Sequence record: DRR723986_30199
Direction: 5' to 3' (one strand)
Length of the DNA: 33,709 bases
Below, piece by piece: positions 28,148 through 33,709 of the stretch. The translations under genes and the position numbers were made by a program. The first letter of the stretch is position 1. Each line of letters opens with the position of its first letter. The notes under the pieces are model-generated. The model saw only the letters and a list, made by a program, of their open reading frames with translations. It made no database searches and was not told the origin of the DNA.

Positions 28148-28711
28148 ATGAGACCACAAAAGATAGAGGAACAGGAAATGCTTAATGGCTTCGCAAAACT
28201 TTTCAAAGAGAAAGGCTATGAAGGGACAAGCTTGGCGGAATTAGCTCTGGTTACTGGATTAAAAAAAGCAAGCTTGTATCATCGATTTCCCAAAGGAAAA
28301 GAAGAAATGGCAAAAGCTGTATTGCTAAATATTAATGATTGGGTAGAAGAACACGTCTTCAATACACTTACCAATCAATTGCTTTCTCCACCAGAGCGAC
28401 TTAAAGATGGATTGCAATTCATTAAAAAACTCTACGAAGAGGGAAACTCACCTTGCCTTTTACAAGCCTTTTCAATGCAATCTGGGATAAACATATTTAG
28501 CCAACTTATAAGTGACTCTATGTCATATTGGGTGGATGCTTTTACAAATATTGGGTTAGCATTTGGTTTAAACCAATCAGTAGCAAAAGAAAAAGCTATT
28601 CAGGTACTTATTGAAATTCAAGGTAGCTTGATTGTTTCAAGAGGTTTTAATAACCCAACTATTTTCATTAATGCCTTGAATAATATTGAAGGTTTATATA
28701 CTAAAGAGTAA
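28148..28711 (+). CDS. TetR/AcrR family transcriptional regulator
   Basis: LFKEKGYEGTSLAELALVTGLKKASLYHRFPKGKEE N-terminal HTH. Confidence 0.95.
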   Translation: MRPQKIEEQEMLNGFAKLFKEKGYEGTSLAELALVTGLKKASLYHRFPKGKEEMAKAVLLNINDWVEEHVFNTLTNQLLSPPERLKDGLQFIKKLYEEGNSPCLLQAFSMQSGINIFSQLISDSMSYWVDAFTNIGLAFGLNQSVAKEKAIQVLIEIQGSLIVSRGFNNPTIFINALNNIEGLYTKE

Positions 28712-28731
28712 AAAAATTTGTATTAATTATT

Positions 28732-28747
28732 TACCGAACGTTCGGTA
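28732..28747. promoter_or_regulatory. TetR operator upstream of the hydrolase genes
   Basis: Perfect palindrome TACCGAACGTTCGGTA; one mismatch to the copy upstream of tetR. Confidence 0.85.
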
Positions 28748-28882
28748 TTTTAGTAGCTGGTCTGCAATTTTATTTGATATGAGAAAAAAGAAAATGGATT
28801 CACATAATGTATTTACCAATCTTAATCTGCTGTACAGACAATAAAATCGAAACAAAAAAAAATAATAAAAACTGATAATAAA

Positions 28883-29740
28883 ATGAATCAAATTAAATAC
28901 AAAAACGCATTAATTGAGGGAGTGTCAATTGCTTATCGGGAAGTTGGGGATCCAGGTAAAGCCACAATTTTATTATTGCACGGTTACCCATCATCATCAC
29001 ATCAGTACAGGAAAGTGCTAAACCAACTGGGGGATGAATTTCACTTAATTGCACCAGATTATCCGGGTTTTGGTACTAGTGATTTTCCATCTCCTGACCT
29101 ATATGAATACACCTTTGATCATTTGGCCCACACCATGCAGTCATTTATTAAATTAAAGGGATTAGACACCTATGCCATTATGATGCAAGATTATGGGGCT
29201 CCTATCGGTTTCAGGATAGCAACTGCGGACCCAGAAAAAGTAACCGCGATTATTACTCAAAATGCCAACGCTTACGAGGAAGGTATGGGGCAAGCTTGGT
29301 TAGGTATTAAAGAATTTTGGAAAGACCGCAATGAAAGTACTGAAGAAGCTTTGCTGCCAGCATTTACTCTTGAAGGTTTAAAATGGCAATATACTCACGG
29401 TACTAGAAATCCTGAAAATATCAATCCTGATACTTGGCATTTAGATTATTTAAGAATGTCGCGTCCTAATGCACATAAAGTAAATTTGGATTTATGGTAC
29501 GATTACCAAAGTAATTTAAAGTTGTATCCGAAATGGCAACAGTATTTAAGGGATTATCAGCCACCAACCTTAGTTGTGTGGGGTAAAAACGATGAATACT
29601 TTCCAGAAAGCGGTGCAGAAGCCTTCAAGAAAGATATTAAGAAAATAGATTATAATATTTATAATACAGGACATTTTGCTCTTGAGGAAAATGGAGATGA
29701 AATAATATCCAAAATACGGGATTTTATGAATGCTTTATAG
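28883..29740 (+). CDS. Alpha/beta hydrolase, epoxide hydrolase/dehalogenase-like
   Basis: LLHGYPSS, IAPDYPGFG, Asp nucleophile elbow QDYGAP, WGKND, catalytic His TGHFALE. Confidence 0.92.
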   Translation: MNQIKYKNALIEGVSIAYREVGDPGKATILLLHGYPSSSHQYRKVLNQLGDEFHLIAPDYPGFGTSDFPSPDLYEYTFDHLAHTMQSFIKLKGLDTYAIMMQDYGAPIGFRIATADPEKVTAIITQNANAYEEGMGQAWLGIKEFWKDRNESTEEALLPAFTLEGLKWQYTHGTRNPENINPDTWHLDYLRMSRPNAHKVNLDLWYDYQSNLKLYPKWQQYLRDYQPPTLVVWGKNDEYFPESGAEAFKKDIKKIDYNIYNTGHFALEENGDEIISKIRDFMNAL

Positions 29741-29833
29741 AATTTCTATAAGGTTTTTTTAACAAGGTTGAACACTCGAAATTTGCATAACTGTCAGGTG
29801 CTAAACTATCACTTATTTTAAAGTTAATGAATA

Positions 29834-30754
29834 ATGAAAACCGCTTTGAATGTGATCTTACTAATATTTAGTATAGTCCAATTAATGAATGTTAAATCTT
29901 TTGCCCAAGTGAGACAAAACCAATTTGTAACTAAAATAGGAGAGTTAGAAGTTATATCCTTATCAGACGGTATTGTGCCCACAGATGCCTTCACTTTATT
30001 AAAAGAGGAGCATCCTGGTCAAATCGAAAGTTTACTTAGTACATTGGAGATAAAAAACCCGGTAAATATTCAAGTCAATGTATTTCTAATTTTGGTAAGG
30101 AATAAAAGAATCCTAATTGATGCTGGAGCTGGTGATTTTTTAAATAGTGTCTCAGCAGGCAAACTAGTAGAGAGTCTAAAAGAGGTAGGATACGAACCAA
30201 GAGATATCACTGATATACTGCTTACACATGTTCATGCGGATCATTCTGGAGGACTAGCGATTAATAATGAAATTGTCTTTCCAAATGCCATTATTCATTT
30301 AAACGAAGTTGAATATAACTACTATTTCAATAATCATAATCTTGATGCTATGAATGAGGTGCAACGATCTTTTTTTTTGAAAGAACAAGTTATATTAAAT
30401 TTATATAAAGAAAGAATAGAGACTTTTAAGGGTTCTGTAGAATTATTTCCAGAAATAGAGACTGTTCCTCTAGTTGGTCACACTCCTGGTCATATGGCTT
30501 ACTTACTTAAGAGTAGGCATAATAAAATACTGTTTTGGGGAGATATGGTACATATCAAAGATGTGCAATTTTCATTTCCGAATCTTGAGAATTTTTATGA
30601 TTTGGATATCGAACAAGCAAGGAGACAGCGACTAAGGGTATACAAAACTCTAACACGTAAAAATATAACTATTGCAGCAGATCACATTAAGTTCCCTGGT
30701 ATTGGTAAACTTAGCGTAAATGATAATGGATATGAATGGGTTCCTACAGATTAA
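29834..30754 (+). CDS. Exported metallo-beta-lactamase-fold hydrolase (methyl-parathion hydrolase/lactonase-like)
   Basis: Signal peptide; LSDG, LIDAGAG, THVHADHSGGL (HxHxDH), GHTPGH, WGDMVH, HIKFPGIG. Confidence 0.9.
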   Translation: MKTALNVILLIFSIVQLMNVKSFAQVRQNQFVTKIGELEVISLSDGIVPTDAFTLLKEEHPGQIESLLSTLEIKNPVNIQVNVFLILVRNKRILIDAGAGDFLNSVSAGKLVESLKEVGYEPRDITDILLTHVHADHSGGLAINNEIVFPNAIIHLNEVEYNYYFNNHNLDAMNEVQRSFFLKEQVILNLYKERIETFKGSVELFPEIETVPLVGHTPGHMAYLLKSRHNKILFWGDMVHIKDVQFSFPNLENFYDLDIEQARRQRLRVYKTLTRKNITIAADHIKFPGIGKLSVNDNGYEWVPTD

Positions 30755-30944
30755 GTAAATGTGAAAGAGGTGGCTATTGACTGAATGTACTGATGATTTT
30801 TTCTATCCCTTAGAGCTTATGTCCTGTCATCAAAGTATAAACACTTGGCCCTTGTTGTTCCTTAGGTCCTCACAATGTATAAGGACGATTCATGGGAGCA
30901 AGTAGGGAATTTCTTGGGGATTATATAAGGTTTGATGGTAGTCT

Positions 30945-31022
30945 TCTTCGATGTTTCTACGATGCTCCTACGATGCTTTTACGATCAGCCATCGAAGATG
31001 GATCGGAAATGAATAGGAGAAA
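30945..31022. repeat. Degenerate 11-bp-period repeat array with internal inversion
   Basis: CTTCGATGTTT/CTACGATGCTC/CTACGATGCTT/TTACGATCAGC then CATCGAAGATG/GATCGGAAATG/AATAGGAGAAA. Confidence 0.7.
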
Positions 31023-31442
31023 GATTGAATTAAACCTGTTGAATTATTAGCTAACAACTGATTGAGCTACCCTTTGGAACATGCTTACCTATGACTCATT
31101 TACTGAGCAGCATTTACTAAAAAGATAGGGGATGTTATAGCTGGCTCAGGAGTTACTTTAAGGTTTTGGTCCAACTAACACCCACTTGTTTTTTGCTGAT
31201 AATTCCGATAGTGATTTGGTAAACCCACATAGTAATCTACTATGGATGTACCTGTTAACACGTTTGAAGAAATTATCAAATTAAACAGCTAGGTCTGGGA
31301 TTGGGCGTATGCAGTGCTGAACTACTCACCTGGATAAAGGCAATATCAAAAGGGAAGTACTGGAAAATGGAATGGTGATCTACCACAATCCCACCAGGGT
31401 GCAGTGGCATAATCTGATCCATGACAAATTATTTTTACCTAC

Positions 31443-31582
31443 GGCTAACGCTAAAGTTGTGATGCGCCCTAGACGGAATCGGATAAATGGGGGTGAGGGA
31501 AAGGGTTGATGCTTTGAAACAAATTGCTCCCGACTTGTTTACAGGATTAGTATGGATATTAGTGTATGACCTAGCGTTAAGA
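31443..31582. repeat. attC-like inverted-repeat element (candidate)
   Basis: GGCTAACGCTA at the left end and TAGCGTTAAGA at the right end; 8-bp perfect IR TAACGCTA/TAGCGTTA; 140 bp span. Confidence 0.35.
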
Positions 31583-31919
31583 AATAATTCACAAATCATT
31601 CTAGGTTTTAGTCTGTAGGTAGGGCAGCCAAATCCCACACAGGCACTACAAACTATTTGATTAAACCCAGGCGAGGATTGAGGTAGAAAAACGATTTCAA
31701 ATTGGTAAGGATATTACTACGGAACTACTTCCGACAATCGTCGTGTATCCCACCCAGTCTAAACAATAATTTGACTACTCCCAGAGGAGGTAAGCTAGAG
31801 TTTGAATTATTTAGATAGCTTTTCCTTACATCTTCATTTTCTCAATTCTTTCGTTGGATTGATTATCTCTAAGTTTTGTACTTTTAGTAAGGTGATTAAA
31901 TTCAAAAAAGATAGAGATT

Positions 31920-33518
31920 ATGCCAAATGTATTTTTTAATAGAATCGAAGATGAGACTGGTGGCTTATGGGGGTATGAGTTTAATGAAAAAGCCGATTGG
32001 AAAATATTTGCCTTATCAAAGGATAAGTACACAGGGCTGGATTTAAGTAAGCCAATTTATTTTACCTCCAGCGAATTTAACTTATATGAGTTTGATTCGA
32101 TCTTAAGAAAAAAGGTGGGCAATGGGCTTGTGGAAAGACCTTATATTATTTTTAAAGATTGTCGATTTAGAATTCAAGAACCCGTTTCCTTCAGTAATTT
32201 TTTAATTGAATTCAGTAATTGTCATACTTTAACAGGTAATTTTTCATTTGAGAACTGTTCTAATTCAAGCATACGAATTACTAACCGTACTTCTTTTGGA
32301 ATCATCCTAATAAAAGAGAGTACTGATATCGATTTCCAGCTTAAGGATGTTGAATTTCGAGAATTGGTGCTAAGGAATTTGACAAATATGAATTTCAATG
32401 CTGAAGCCATAACCCAACCAAAAATCATCCTTAACACCTGTGGATTTAGAGATTTTTCTATCTATAACTCCAAAATTCAAAAACTTAGCTTTGAGAACTC
32501 AGAAGTAGGATTTCTAACTCTGAGCGGGGTCTCAGGAGGAGAAATTAGCTTGTTTGCGGATCATAAATCAAGGATTGGTAAAAAGAAAATTTTTGAATAT
32601 GGAAGTCTGAATATCCTGAGTTGTAATTTTACAAATCTGTCGCTAAACGGAACTGAGAAGGATTTGCATTTAAAAAGCCTTGAAATAAAAGATACTTCAA
32701 ATTTCACTTTGGCGTCAATGGAAATCAATAGTCTAACCTTAGTTGGGACTGGCCTTTCCGATATCCTCATTTTTTCATGTATGATTATGAATTTGAGATT
32801 CCTGTACTTTAAAATAAAGGAAAATGTGGTCTTTAATCTTGGTGAATATGGTAACGGAGCATTGATCCTAGACAACGCAATTTTGAAGGGTTTGGAAGCG
32901 AACCCTAGTTTCTTTCACAATTTTAAAAGTTTAGAGTTCAAGGACTCATCAATTGTGGGCTTTGTTGCTCATTCATATAAAATGATTGACCAAGAAATCT
33001 TAAGAAAGATGAGGGGTGATTATGTGAGCAAAATTAATTTCTGTAGGGAAATGAATGCATTAATGATCGAACAGAACAACAAGCATTATGCTACAATTTA
33101 CAGAGCTTTGGAATTGGAATTTAGAGCCAAAGTCAATGATTCCTCATTAAGTTGGTTTGATAAACAAGTACTTAATCTAAACTATTGGTCTAATTTCCAT
33201 GGCACAATGCCCCAAAAAGCATTGTTTTGGATTTTGACGCTGATGGTCATTCAATTTGGAGTTATCAATCTTGACCTTTCTTTCCAAACGAATCTTCCTT
33301 ATGAAGCAGGTCTTGACTTTTTGTCCCAAAATTATTCATACTTTATCAAGCCTTTCACTTTTCTAACTGAAGTAGAAGAAAACTATAAGCCGTTTCATAG
33401 TGAGAATATGGAAGCTAGGTTTCATCCAGTGACTAAAGGATTTGACTTCTTGTTTAAGATCTTATTTGCCTACCTGTTATATCAATTTATTGCGGCTTTT
33501 AGGAAATTCAATAAATAA
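31920..33518 (+). CDS. Hypothetical membrane protein: N-terminal beta-solenoid (pentapeptide/LRR-like) plus two C-terminal TM helices
   Basis: Periodic FxxCxF/LxIxx strands over most of the length; then WSNFHGTMPQKALFWILTLMVIQFGVI and FLFKILFAYLLYQFIAAFRKF. Confidence 0.75.
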   Translation: MPNVFFNRIEDETGGLWGYEFNEKADWKIFALSKDKYTGLDLSKPIYFTSSEFNLYEFDSILRKKVGNGLVERPYIIFKDCRFRIQEPVSFSNFLIEFSNCHTLTGNFSFENCSNSSIRITNRTSFGIILIKESTDIDFQLKDVEFRELVLRNLTNMNFNAEAITQPKIILNTCGFRDFSIYNSKIQKLSFENSEVGFLTLSGVSGGEISLFADHKSRIGKKKIFEYGSLNILSCNFTNLSLNGTEKDLHLKSLEIKDTSNFTLASMEINSLTLVGTGLSDILIFSCMIMNLRFLYFKIKENVVFNLGEYGNGALILDNAILKGLEANPSFFHNFKSLEFKDSSIVGFVAHSYKMIDQEILRKMRGDYVSKINFCREMNALMIEQNNKHYATIYRALELEFRAKVNDSSLSWFDKQVLNLNYWSNFHGTMPQKALFWILTLMVIQFGVINLDLSFQTNLPYEAGLDFLSQNYSYFIKPFTFLTEVEENYKPFHSENMEARFHPVTKGFDFLFKILFAYLLYQFIAAFRKFNK

Positions 33519-33709
33519 ACTGGGGTTAAAAGATACATCAATAGACCAACCTCCCTCCCAAAGCCATCTTTTGAAAACGATTGTTAATGCGGGAGGATGG
33601 AAATGAGTTTCATTTTTATAGCACAGTTCACATTAGCTACATAGGAAATCATAGCGCATTTACATTTCAAAACAGTCAAAATATTTTGATGAACTGCCTT
33701 TTCTTGGTG

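Noticed and set aside
29834-30754. Antibiotic-resistance metallo-beta-lactamase
   Set aside because: Motifs (LSDG, GHTPGH, WGDMVH, HxxFPGxG) fit the MPH/lactonase branch of the fold
30945-31022. CRISPR array
   Set aside because: Units are 11 bp, contiguous, without spacers, and there are no cas genes
31240-31440. Protein-like fragments (e.g. LDKGNIKREVLENGMVIYHNPTRVQWHNLIHDKLFL), possible pseudogene
   Set aside because: Interrupted frames and no family recognisable without BLASTx
33554-33596. CCTCCC...GGGAGG as a terminator
   Set aside because: Only a 6-bp stem with a 31-nt loop and no adjacent U-tract

Overview
Bacteroidota chromosomal DNA, based on the SusC/SusD pair, a GLPGLI protein and TAnnTTTG promoters; the genus cannot be established from this window. 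(1) 34-18659 is a tightly packed, co-directional polysaccharide utilization locus (PUL). It encodes a FucI-family isomerase, SusC, SusD, two Cys-type sulfatases, an atypical Asp-box/sialidase-like protein, an FG-GAP lipoprotein, a YidR/DUF3748-like propeller, a DapA/NanA-family aldolase, an SSS transporter and a ribulokinase, and ends in a multiply disrupted sialate O-acetylesterase pseudogene. The cytoplasmic enzyme set suggests, by inference, catabolism of Kdo (to pyruvate + D-arabinose, then D-ribulose, then ribulose-5-P) from a sulfated glycan, rather than Neu5Ac. (2) 19307-23063 is an outer-membrane beta-barrel plus GLPGLI gene pair. (3) 23349-30754 is a patchwork of three regulator/target cassettes (Fur, Crp/Fnr, TetR), each with its own duplicated palindromic operator and an apparently leaderless regulator gene. 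(4) 30755-31919 is a noncoding stretch with phased 11-bp repeats and an attC-like element, followed by an orphan beta-solenoid plus two-TM protein. No rRNA, tRNA, CRISPR array or intact mobile element was recognised.
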